A program made the translations under genes and the position numbers. Shown in pieces: positions 14,383-28,689 of a stretch of DNA of 64,000 nucleotides; the stretch's first letter is position 1; every line of letters begins with the position of its first letter. The DNA comes from the human T2T-CHM13v2.0 reference genome, Homo sapiens, in NCBI RefSeq assembly GCF_009914755.1, contig NC_060927.1. The stretch is one strand, 5' to 3'. Under the pieces are notes generated by a model. That model saw only the letters and a list, made by a program, of their open reading frames with translations. It made no database searches and was not told the origin of the DNA.

Positions 14383-14610
14383 TAGTATAGGATAATGGTT
14401 AGGGGCTTGAGCTCTGACATCTGAGAAACTGGGTTCAAATCCTGCTTTACAAGTTTTGTAAGCTGTTTGGCTAGTTACTTAAACTCATATACTTTTACTT
14501 TCCTGGTCTGTAAAATGAGGATAATAGTTTCTCTCTCACTGGGATTTTAGTGAGATAATGCATGTAAAGTGCTTGGCATTTACTAAGTGTTGAATAAATG
14601 TTAGCTCTTA
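14383..14610 (+). mobile_element. MIR SINE
   Basis: ctgggttcaaatcc...gttacttaa...tctgtaaaatgaggataatag...gtaaagtgcttggca...aataaatgttagct. Confidence 0.85.
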
Positions 14611-15844
14611 CTATTTGGTATAAGTTTATAAAGAGAAAATGGCCTCTTATAAACAGAAGAAATAACATCCTTGAATTTTTTAATCTGCATTTGCCTTTAA
14701 TGAATGCTATTAAATTCAGAGCTAGAGTAGAAATATCTGCACTTGGACAGATCAACTAACACTATTTTATCTGCTGCTTTTTATAACCAATGGAAAACTT
14801 TTGGAGCCAGGCTGGGTAAGCTCAAAGTCTAATACGACTTACATTTTAAGAATGTTTTATTTAAATTCTCCTTTCAAAACACCTAACTATAAAATGTGAA
14901 GAAGAAAAAAGTACCATTTTTAAGTATAAATACATGAACGCTTGAGTAAGAAAGCTCTATTCCCACTTGGTTTTCTCTGTTTGTGATACAACTGAGGCTT
15001 GCTGATGGATGGATAAATCAGTCATTCATAGTCCACTGATTATACTGCATGAGAAAATGGAAACTTTAAAAAATTATTTAGCACTTTGATTTTTAAAAAT
15101 GCACTGAATACCTTCATTGTTATTCTCTAAACCACAGTGGCTTGACTGAGATTCAAACTGACTCTCATTATTATAAACTATTCCCTTAGGAAGGTGTTTT
15201 AATTTCCTCTGCTTAGTGTCCTGCACTTCTGGTGTCTGGCACTGGTGAATAGTACTGCATGTGAAAAAAAAAAAAAAAAAGGAGAAAATGGAAATTAAAG
15301 AGTATTAACGTTAAATGTAATGACAATATTTATATAAAATTTCCCAACATACTAGTGGTTTTTTTGGAATAAAGAGGTTATCTGGCTTACAGCTAAATAA
15401 ATGTCAAAATATCAGAATAGAACAGGGATAAACTGATTTTATTTGTTTCATAATATTCAAACCCATCTTATGGAATGGAAAGGACTTATTGCTGAATCAG
15501 CTCCAGGCCCATGTGACTATGTGTGTTCATGTATGTGAGCGTGTGAGTGCACGCGGCTGTGTATGGGTGCACATGTGTGTATGTTTGCAAGTCTGTGTGC
15601 CTATCACCATAGAGCACAATGCTGACTCTACTTAAGTGACTCCAGGATCAACGGATCACAGAGCGGCAGGCTAAAATCAGATTTATGGCTGCACGTGGGT
15701 TCTTATTATCCAAGACTGGCAACCTTCTTCCCCCACCCCCGCCTAATCTGCCGTCCTTCCCTAAAGCATCAATAGCAGACACCCAAAGTGTAAAGTCAAT
15801 TTTGTTAAAGGGAGATCTGAGAGAACAATTCGCAAGAAGGCAAC

Positions 15845-16195
15845 TGCTGTGGTTGGAATATGTCCCCTCCAAAATACAGGTGTTGCCAATGTGATAGTAT
15901 TAAGAGGTGAGACCTTTAAAAGGTGATCTGGCCATGAAGGCTCCTTCCTTGTTAACAAAATTAAGACCCTTATAAAAAAAAGCTTCAGGTAACGTTCTGC
16001 TAGTTTGCTATCTTGCCCTCCCACTTCTGCTATGTGAGGACACAGCAACAAGGCCTTCACCAGACACTAAATGCTAACACCTTGATTTTGGACTACCTAA
16101 CCTCCAGACTGCGAGTAATATTAATGCATTTCTGTTCTTTATAAAGTACCTAGTTTCAGATATTCTTTTATGGCAGCACAAAATGGACTAAGACG
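15845..16195 (+). mobile_element. ERVL-MaLR solo LTR (MSTC/MSTD-like)
   Basis: tgctgtggttggaatatgtcccctccaaaa...gtattaagaggtg...atgtgaggacacagc...gcagcacaaaatggactaagac. Confidence 0.85.
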
Positions 16196-16699
16196 TGGGC
16201 ATACAGATGAACAACACAGTTACAGGCTCGCATCTGAAGCTCTCCATCATGTACATGCATCTTCTCTCCTCCTTTTTCTTTGTCTCCCTCCTAAGCCCAA
16301 ATAAAGGACAAAGATGCAATCATAACTTCTCTTTGCACTATTTGTTGCTTGAGCTAATTACTGCTCAATTATGGTGTTTCCCACTGAAGTGGTTCTTCAA
16401 CCAGGACAAAAAGATAATAAGTGAATTGGAATGTTAGTTTAAATCAGAATCAAACAAAACAGATACCACACAAAAAAAGAGAACAATGAATCAAATAATT
16501 CACATTAAAAATCTCGTGCTACTCTTTCTAAATGTCATTAATTCTAATCTTAGCTATATTATCTGGTTGACTTTTATAAAGAGCACACATTTGAAAGTTA
16601 ATTGTCAAACCCCTTCACTGTTTATCACAGAGAAGATTGGATTGGTGTAGAAACAAAAAAAAGTAATCACCTCTAGTTATTAGCAGTATATAGCAAAAT

Positions 16700-17323
<624 letters not shown>

Positions 17324-17531
17324 TGAACCTAAACTATTCCTATAAAATGGATAAGAGAAGCAATCGTGAATGGTTGCACAATTTCTAAATAGTTAGCCAA
17401 CAAACCAGATTTTCTTGCCCAAGGTCCAGGATATTTTCCAACACACCACACCATTCTTTTTAACAAGCTTCCTGACTGGACCCAGGTAAGGGAGTCTTAA
17501 GAGTTATCCTTCAAAGTTCTTTAATTTGTAG

Positions 17532-17840
<309 letters not shown>

Positions 17841-19001
17841 GAGGCCATTATTCTTATCACTTTTCCTCCCACTTATTTCTGTCTTTGTTCACAGTTCCTG
17901 TCCAGTTCCAACATATGTTTGTTAAAACTATCATGACAAATACTTGGATGCATTACTAACTGACTCTAATAAACATCCTACATTTGTATGTGGCATTCAT
18001 AAATTAACGTGTCCATAGTCAATGAAAATAGCATTCTGGCACACATACAAATTAGCATCTCCATCCCTGCTTTATGCATTTGAAGTCAGTATCATGGTTG
18101 ATTTTTTTTTTAAATAGCTGATTTTCTTTGTTTATTTTGCTATAGGCTGCTAGTAACAAAAATGAAGGTTGCTACAGTTTTTGTGTTTCTGCACAAATCT
18201 GGTTGTCTCTGTGAAGAAGTTTAGCAATTAACTTTCATATAGGTGCTCTCAAGAAAAGCCAAGCGGAAACCACAGCTAAGATTAGAATTGAGTACATTTA
18301 GGAAGAGTGACACTTAATTTTTAATGTGGGTCATCTGATTCCTTGCACTTGTTTTCATTTAGTTTGATTTTGCTTTCACTAACCTGCCAGTTTACTTGCA
18401 ATTTTTCTGTAGTCATCTGATTGGTCCATTTTCCCACATTTGTTCTCTCCATGTTTATCAAACTTCTTCTTGTACACATTACTCTCTGAGCATGTGTGAA
18501 TATGTGTGCATTTTGAAAGACAGAATAGCATTTTAGGAAAAAAAAAAAAAAACACTGACATATCAAGCAGCGATTCATCACATCCCGCATTGAAGGCAAT
18601 GAGGCCGCTTCGAAAATCAGCGCTTGGGCTGCCTTAATGCTGAGGGTCATTTCACAGCCCGACAAGTAAATCCTACAATAATCCATCTTGTTGTGACAGG
18701 AGATGCGGCGTCTTCTATTTTAATAATATCCCAAGAAAATACAGCTCTACAGTTCAGTGGAAGAGAAAGTAAAAAATCCCTTCCCATTAGCCCAGAGTAT
18801 GAATTTACATTGCACATTTCAACTTCCAATAAATAAAGATTATTTCATCATTACTTTTTAAATTATTACATTAATCAATCATCAAAAATATCTAAAGTTC
18901 TTTCTCTAGGCTCAACACTCTGCTTAAGTGATGCAGCATTCCCTGATGGAGGAGAAAACAAAAACAACAAATGTATCTGCCTGCTAGAAAGTTGTCATTA
19001 A

Positions 19002-19303
<302 letters not shown>

Positions 19304-19852
19304 TAAAGATTTTATTTTTCATATAACTAACATGCTTAGAGATTTAACTATATGTCAAAATTAATCAAACTGTTGAAACTTCATATTGTCTTTTCCTTCC
19401 TGGTGCTTACTGTCTTGCACAGAAGATATAAAAACTCAAGAAGTACGATAGTTTTTCGAAATATGGGTAAAGTTCCGTGAAAAGACAGAAAAAAAACTCG
19501 ATCCCAGGAATTCCAATTCCCTAATACATCTCATTAAATAAAACCAATTAGCTTATCAGATTAGCCATCTTTATGAAACATTCTCACATGTGCTTAAAAG
19601 CACTTGTTAGCAAGAAACCTTTCTTTGACATTTTTTAAAGGTACAATAAAAATACAGCCTTTGTCTAGCTTATCCCTAACATTATCACTAAAGCTGTTGG
19701 AGAAAAAGAAAAAGTATGTGATCGGCTGCTCACAGATCTCAGTATGTGATCTGATGCTACGTTTCTTCCTTTTTTTTTTTTTTTTCTGTTCTTTTTTGTT
19801 TTGTTTTATTTGTTTTGTGACAATAGGTGTCAGCATTCAGTTTGCATTTGGT

Positions 19853-19927
19853 AGGTTTGGTCCCTAATATGAAAATATCGGAGAGTGATTTAATTCATAT
19901 GTCTACCCTCAGCTGTTCTATCCTTAT
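19853..19927 (+). repeat. 75-bp dispersed direct repeat, copy 1 (copy 2 at 21158-21232)
   Basis: Ungapped manual alignment, 65/75 identical. Confidence 0.9.
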
Positions 19928-21157
19928 CTCTGTTATGGCAAAAATTGAGCACCTTCATAATTTGTGATAGCCCTCCAGATGAATCTAGCAAAGAAAAGAT
20001 ATCCTGTTAAGCCAATGTTAGTTGCTTAGTATGTTATGGAAACCTCATAGTAATTACAAATGCTTTATGCAAATAGGGTGGCGAGACATGCAGACAAACA
20101 CAAACTTATCTTCTTTGTCCACGTTTATGCTCCATTGTCTTGCTGCACTTCAATTACAAAACACACGCTCAAAGAAAAAAATCCATGTAGTTTATTTTGT
20201 TTTAGTCAATTAGTCAATTTCATTGTCCATTATAATGTCAGCATTTACAAAACCATTATTTATGTCAATTTCTAAAAGAAAACTTTCTTCTCTCCAGGGT
20301 GGAGGTGGCTTATACAAAATAAGAACTGAACGTACAAACTTTCTGTTAGTTAAGGAATGACCAGTTAGTTTAATCTCTCTTGAAGACTCATCCACTCATG
20401 GTGGTTGCCTGTATTGCAAAGGACCAGGGCTAAATCTGAGCTCTGCAAAAAAGAGTGCTTTGATTGGTTAGGAATGTCTGCCTTGAATGAGGGGCATATA
20501 GTGTCAGCATGCCTGCCTAGTATTTGGCATGCCTGTTCTAATGCTTAGTACTATTTCATTCTGTAGAGCAATCTACTTACTAAGTAGGGTTTAGGTTTTC
20601 ATTTCCTTGAAATAAAACTAGCAAAAATTGTTTTTCATTCTCCCTGAAATAAATATGTTCACTAAAACATCTTTAGTTCTATTTTAAATATTAAAAATCA
20701 TCTTTTGTCCCTAAACATAAATGTGTTATGAAATGATTTATAATTCTATTTAATACAACCTAAAGCCACAAAGAAATGAATCTTTAGGATGTTTCAACAT
20801 AAACTAGGGTAGTACTTCTAGTCTATTTCTGGAAAGAATAATATAACTTTTACTACTAATTCTATAGGATTGATGTGAAGATCAGATGGGATCATGGGAA
20901 TAAAAGCACTTTGGAAATTAATCAATACAATGTATTTTGTTATTTACTTGACCATCATTCACTGAGATGAGATGAATAAATGCTTGAAGAACAGTTACTA
21001 AAGGCATTATTGTTTGGATGGTTGGTAAACCATACCTTGCTAGATTTTCATATGAGGTCCATGTTTTGATATGCATATAAATTCACACATTGCAACAATG
21101 TGAAATTGAATTACACATGGCTTTCTTTTGACCTGTCTCTATGATAAGTCAGTTAGC

Positions 21158-21232
21158 AGGTTTGGTCTCTAATATGAAAATGTTAGAGAGTCATTTAATT
21201 CATCTGTCTACTTTCAGCTATTCTATCTTTAT
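21158..21232 (+). repeat. 75-bp dispersed direct repeat, copy 2
   Basis: aggtttggtctctaatatgaaaa...tttaattcatctgtctac...ttctatctttat matches 19853-19927. Confidence 0.9.
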
Positions 21233-21909
21233 AGGAAGCCAAGGAAAGTTTTGAAAATAATTTACCATACTTAAAACACACACTTTATCTTTCAGTTACC
21301 ATCCATCAAGGAATATTCAACCCATCTCCTCCTTCCCATCAGTCAGGCTCACAGTAACCCAAATCAACAGTTCTAGCTAGCAATCTGCCTACAAGTTACA
21401 TGTTGTCCAAATATTGTGAACACATTTATGTTTTCCCTGACTCTTCTAAAGCCAATCAAACTAAAATAATGATAAAGGAAAAAAAAAAGCACTAACAAGT
21501 TGGCTTTACTTTAATTTTCCAAAATTTCTAAGGTAGGGAGCAAAGTTCCGTATCATTTCTGAATCTCATTGGCATTTTTCTAAAACTGTCTGCAAGTTAT
21601 TTAATAATTATTGACAAGCTATCATGTGAGAGCAGAAGGATATTTTAAGTCTGCTGAGATAAATGAGACCCAAAGGCCGAGATATACATGGGACCAAAAC
21701 GTACATGATGGTATTAAACCGAAACGGTTTGCATTCACCATTCTGTTTTTTTCTGTTGAGATCCACAAGGCCATTCACATCAACTGATGCATTTCTAATG
21801 TGCTTCTCCCCTTAGATCAAGCCAGCTTGAGGTTTCTGTCCATTAACTAGATATTATAAAACCCTTTGTGCCATTCAGGATAAATGAAGTATTTATCTTC
21901 ATTTTAATA

Positions 21910-21944
21910 CAGATAAAAACATCTGCATTAGATGTTTTTATCTG
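21910..21944. repeat. Perfect 15-bp inverted repeat with 5-nt loop
   Basis: CAGATAAAAACATCT-gcatt-AGATGTTTTTATCTG. Confidence 0.95.
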
Positions 21945-21997
21945 ATAGATGCTAAACGTGAATACACACCAACACTTGCTTTTAGAAGATTTGTAGG

Positions 21998-22162
21998 TCG
22001 TGGGTTTTTAACCTGAGGTCTAGAGATGAGCTCAAAGGATTTCATGAACTCCCTGAAACTGTAAGCAAAATTGTATGTATATGTGTTTGAGTTTCTTCTG
22101 TAGGAAGGGAGTCTTGATCTTTCATCAGTTTTTCAAAAGGGTGAGTAAAAAATTAAAACCAC
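21998..22162. mobile_element. MER103-like hAT-Charlie MITE
   Basis: ttttaacctgaggtc...catgaactccctgaaa...gcaaaattgtatgtatatg...tttcatcag..tttcaaa...aaaaccac. Confidence 0.7.
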
Positions 22163-24306
22163 AAATTCGTATTCAAATTGTGATAATTTTTGCTACAAAA
22201 GTCCTCATTTTGTTTTATTTTTTAATAATTTGAATTAATATTTTAGACAGTGGCTATATTAGAAGCTGAATAAATATGGAAAATGGGGAATAGATATGGC
22301 AGCTTTGAGTGGTGTCCTGTGGATGGCATGTGATGAGGAAAGCCTCAGCTTTCTCATCCATCAACTAGAAATTTCCTAGAGAACCCTCTGAGGTCCCTTC
22401 CAATGCAAAGAGAGTTTCCTGGATCCACTGAACCTGTTCGAAAGAAAAGCAGCCTAATCACAAAAAGCAGTTCTTTCCTCCATTTCCCTAAGCCTGGGGT
22501 GAAAAGAGGAAGCACAGGAAAAGAAAGTGGAAAGTAGATCAAATAAATATTGAGTTTTTCTCTTTTGGGACATATTCACTGAGCATCTTGTATGGTTAGT
22601 CACTATGTCACGGTTATTGTTTTCAGATGTTGAACCCATGTCCTCTAGATTAGGAAAAATAATGAAAAATGCCTATTGAATATATTATCCAGTATATTGG
22701 GTATACATGTTGGATTATATATATGTATAGGATTTATATCTTATATCCAATATATATGATATTCTATATCTTATTGGATATAATATCCAAAAGAAAAGAA
22801 TTATTCCCTCTGCAATTTCAGACACATACTTTACCTATTAACTATTTACCTTACAGCATCATAGCAAGAGTTATGAGATACCTGTCATGCAAAATTAGGA
22901 CCAATTTAGGATCAACTAGGACCAATTAGGCTGGTAAAGAAATGGGCTCAGCAAGGTAAACAGAGGTGGCATTTTAACAAGACCAGTCTAACTTGACAGT
23001 CACAGCTGTTAACCAATAAACTGAAGCTTTGCTCTCTCAGCCATTTTGTATTTAATTTCCTCAGATAAAAAGGGAAAAAATATAACAAGAGATGCCCACA
23101 CTTGGAAGTAAAATATGAATATTCTGAAAGGAAAGAATCAGGGAGGCAGAGCCTAACAGAAAACGTGAAAGATGCTAACAACAACATACTGTACGTGGAA
23201 GACGTGAAGAATAAGATATGGCTGTGCAAAAAAGAAAAGAAAGAAAAGAAGACCCTTTATCAGACATACAGAAAAATATAGTTCTGTGTCTGTCTCAGAA
23301 GGCATATAGTTACCTGTCACTCCTTTAGATAGAGGTATTCTAGTGCTTCAAATATCTTAGAGAGGATTTAAACATCAGGCGGAAAATAGTAAGTAGATAA
23401 ATTCAGATTATAATTATTTATTTGTTTTTATTAACTTCATTTGGAGATGTGTAAAATAGGAGATGTAAGCAATATTGAAGATTATAAAAGTAGAAGTAAC
23501 ATATTCCCTCCAAGCTCATTTCATTCCTATTCCCCAGAAAGGATTATTTATTTCCAATGCTGGTTACCGTGACAATAAAGAATGTACAGAAACTTCTGGT
23601 CATTTGATGTATTCACAGTTTTCAATATATGCTATTGCCCTGCTGGAAAAGATAAGAGATTTAATAAACTTAGCTTATTTCCCATCTCCCTTCTCTCATC
23701 CACACTGTTATTATTTATTATTTTATTATTATTGCTATTGTTAGTAGTAGTTTATTCTATTTATAAGCATAAGTACTATACTTCAACAGTTAGAATTATT
23801 TCTTGAAGATTCAAATTTAAACACTTTCTGTCAACTTCCCGACATCTGAAACAAGGAAATGATAAATTTTTCCTTATCTCTCTTCTGTAATTATAAATAA
23901 TCATTTGACACTTTGCTCTAAGCTGATTCTAAAAACTCAAGTACATTAGCAATGCTAAGAGTATTATTGTTTTTTGAATGTTATTCCTAACAAGAAGTAC
24001 AATAGTACCTGCGGAAATTGAAAAGTGATCCTAGGACACAAAATAAGTATGAAATGAGTCTTCTTAATCTGTCATGTAACAGTTTGGTTTGTTTCATCTT
24101 AGGACCATGACTATCTTGGTGTTTTCTGTTTCATTTTGTTTTTTGTTTTTTTGTTTGTGGATGCGTTTTGTTTTTAGCAATGGCTTCCAATTTTATTTAA
24201 TCTTGTTGAAGAAACACCTACATAGTCATACATATGATCTGCTAGAATATTAATGTTTTCATTTGTCTGATGAAATCTTTCAGACTGATTTCCCCTTCTA
24301 ATTTAA

Positions 24307-24745
<439 letters not shown>

Positions 24746-25165
24746 TCAAATATTATTTTTAAAAAGATAAACTTCCTGAATGATCGAATTTCTAAAAATA
24801 CATTTATTTTAGACTCACACTTGATCGCCAGTATACCTAAGAACTGAATTCTAGATTAATAACAATATTTCTTAATGTTCTTATAGGCATTCAATCCTGA
24901 AGGATATATATATTTACTTTTGTAGGTTAACTTGCATTTTATCTTCCCATAAATTCTACAATTTTCTCAGTATTCTTAGAATTAATAAATTATTCAATAT
25001 TCAATATTGATAAAATATTTCTCAGTATTCTTAGAATTGGTTCTAGATAAATTTTTAGTGTAGGCATTTTTACTAACTTATCTTGTCTTAAATCCAGTTG
25101 ACTTTTTTCAGTATGAGAGTTTTAGACTTCCTTTAGCACAAATAAATTTTTAAGATTTACTTGAG

Positions 25166-25434
25166 GGCCGGGCACAGTGGCTCACACCTTTAATCCCAGC
25201 ATTTTGGGATGCCAAGGCAGGAGGATCACTTGATCCCAGGAGTTCAAGACCACCCTGGGAAATATGGCAAAACCCTGTCGCTACAAAAAATAGAAAAATT
25301 AGCCAGGCCTGCTTGTAGTCCCAGCTACTCAGGAGGCTGAGGTGGGAGGATCACTTGAGCCCAGGAGGTTGAATCTCGCCACTGCACTCCAACCTGGGCA
25401 ACACAGTGAGACCATGTGTCAAAAAAAAAAAAAA
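25166..25434 (+). mobile_element. AluJ with small internal deletions
   Basis: ggccgggcacagtggctcac...ggaggatcacttgagcccagga...A-tail; flanks share TTACTTGA. Confidence 0.9.
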
Positions 25435-25527
25435 GTTACTTGAATCTTTACAAGTGAGTTTGGTCTATATATGTTTATTTTCTTTGTTTAATTTTGCTTT
25501 CAAAGTGTTCCAGGATGAACAAAATAA

Positions 25528-25895
<368 letters not shown>

Positions 25896-26149
25896 TGATG
25901 ACTTTTGTGATTTTATTGTCAGTTAAATTTTTTGAAAGGATTTCAATTTCTTATTGTGGGAGGGGGGGATATTTGATACTTTTCTAGGCATTTTCATTTT
26001 ATTTAACTTTTTAAATTTAAAGGTTTATGTTAGTTTAGAGTAATCAACTGGGACATTTAAAAACAATATAATCATTGATATGTCACTTTTTTCAATTGTA
26101 ATGATTTTTATTACTTTATTCATTGTGTTTATTATTTTATTACAGTTTT

Positions 26150-26340
26150 ACGTAATTTTATTGAAGCACAGCATATATATAAAAAACATAAAAAAAATTT
26201 AGTGTCTAGCTCAAAATATTTTTATCAAGTTAAAATCACACACTTATACAACCACCACCCAGATCAGGAAAGAGAATATCATTAGAACCCCAAGTCATTC
26301 TTGGGGTGTCTTTTAGTTGCCACAAACTTATTCCTGTCAT
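26150..26340 (-). mobile_element. Old L1ME-type 3' end fragment
   Basis: ttttattgaag...agctcaa...accaccacccagatcaggaaa.agaatat..ttagaacccca. Confidence 0.6.
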
Positions 26341-28049
26341 AGGACTCTATATTCTTTTTTTTTTCCATTATGTCTTATTTTTATTTCACAACTTGAGAAG
26401 TTACCATTGTCAGCTATGCTTTTAAAGACATCAGGCCCATTCTTGCTTCTTCTGATGAAACCAAATCCGATTAAAAACCAAAATACCACTTCTATATACA
26501 AGGGTCTAACTATTTTGGACTGAAAGCAAAAATAGTAATTGGATGACCAGTTAATGACCAATTAATGCAGTACAAAGAATGAGAACAGTTCTATTAATGT
26601 CCTAGACTGTTAAAATATCATTTTACCAAAAGAAAGTATGTACTTATGAATGTATTCCATATTTATTTACGGATTTTTGGTAACTTTTTGCAAATGATGG
26701 TAAACATGGAGTTATAAACCTGAGAACAGATTATAAAACAAAGGTTAAGAAGGGTTTAAATAAATTAATGGATTTGACATCAATCACCAGTTCTTAAAAT
26801 TAGGGAAGTAAAAGGCATCCCATTAGTCTTTTCAGGTCAATAGTCAAGGACAATTATCATGAATGAATCTGCTTACTATATACTTAACACAAGCTTTGAG
26901 AAGAAAAGCATCATAGTTCTGAAATGATGATTGTTCCCTAAGCCACAAATGAGAGGTAGGTTTCCCACCTATCTCAGTTGATAATGTCCAAAAACATCCT
27001 TCTCCATGCATCAGAGTAGAAAGAGAATGTACCTCCTACTATGTCAAATGGAATAGATAACTGCAAAATAGGAACACGTAAGAACATTCTCTAACATTGG
27101 TATCAGTCTGATGCTTCCCCTTATCTGCCACTTCAGAGATACACAGGAGAAACGGGTTAATTTTGTCTGAAACCAAGCACAATTAGGGCTAATAAATAAT
27201 TTAAAGGTGGGGTACTGTAACATATTTCTTACCTACTAAATACGTAAACCATTTGAATCAAGTCCACCTTCAGGCACAAACAAATTAGGAATGGCCACCT
27301 ACACTGGAGTAGCATAACCTATCAAGTATTTGGTTAGAAAATAAGTGTACTATTTGTGTGATAAAGTTTCACTTTAAATGGATTTTAAAATTATTTTCCC
27401 ATGAAACATGACAGTTTCTTATATTTGGACTGGAGGTCCCTAATAAAGATACATTTAGTTGTCCCAGCAAAGAATGCTTAGATTGCACATGGAAGCAGTA
27501 AACTAAGACAAAGAGATGGAAAATGACATTTAGTTATTTTCCTATACAGATAAGATTTGCAATTGCACTCTTAACAAAACTCAACTCTACAATTTCAATA
27601 CAGATGGGGAAAGCTGCATATTAACTTAAATACTCTTTTAGCCCTGTACACTCTATTAAAGAACACACTTCTAAATCTAAGGCACACAGATTCCTCTATT
27701 TCACAGAGTAAGATTATGGAAGGAAGAGCAAGATTTTGGTTAAATCCCTTACAATGTCCAGGAGATCTTGGACAGAAGACAAGTTATATAGCATTTTGTT
27801 AGTGCATAATTTAAAAGAAATGCTATGACTATGCTCTGGTCTTAGAGGTTTAAAACATGCACTCAAATCATTAAAAATAATTTACCAGCACTTTATAAAT
27901 TCAAGTGTGAAACATAAAAGTGATCACGTTTTCCTTAAAAAGAAAAATACCCAACAGCACTTGGAAAGAAAATTAGAAACCATTTCAATGAAAATGACAC
28001 CATTACATTTTTGCACACGTCTTTTTCTCTGTTTTTTTTTTTTTTTGGT

Positions 28050-28640
28050 AATTTTGACTAGTAGTTTATGAACTTCATTATTTTTCAAGAAAAAATTTTG
28101 TCTATTTTTTATTGTATTATGGTTTTCTATTTTATGAATTTCCACCCTTACCATTATTATTTCCTTTGTTATACCTTTTATGTGTTTGTTTACTATTCTT
28201 TTTATACTTTCTCAAGATGGAAACTAAGCTGATTAATACTCAGCCTTTTCTCCATAATGTATGCATTTAGGGTGGTAAATATCCCTCAAAGAAGGATTGT
28301 CCCTGTATTTCACAACTTGGATATGTTGCATTTTCAAGATAATTCAGTGCAGAATATTTTCTAATTTACACTTTTTTATTTTTCTGTGATCCATTTGTTC
28401 TTTAGACATGTGCTTTTTTCAAGAATTTAGGGACCTTCTTTTCCCCTCTGCCTCTTTGTCCTCATTATCCTCTTATGCTTTTTACCACCTTCTCCACATT
28501 ATAATAATGTTGCATGTTATTATTATTTAACTTAATATTCAGAGACAATATTTATTTTCAATGCTTTTATATTCTTTGAGGATTATTTTACAAGCTGGCA
28601 AGTCTAAATTTAACAATTCATATCCATTTGAAAAAATATC
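28050..28640 (-). mobile_element. Old L1M ORF2-region fragment (further pieces ~30110-31850 and ~37920-39400)
   Basis: T-rich degenerate antisense L1 phrases (ttttcaaga..aaattttg, gcatttag..gtaaat..ccctc, aatattttctaattt). Confidence 0.5.
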
Positions 28641-28689
28641 CTTATCCATCCCCTAGCATGATGCCCTGTATAATCCACCTTCTGTAAGG

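Noticed and set aside
16626-16640. ACAGAGAAGATT, the U6 snRNA ACAGAGA box
   Set aside because: Only a 12-nt match with no flanking U6 sequence.
26700-26800. Possible CR1/L3 3' fragment (aaggttaagaagggtttaaataaattaatggat)
   Set aside because: Too short and degenerate to support without a profile search.
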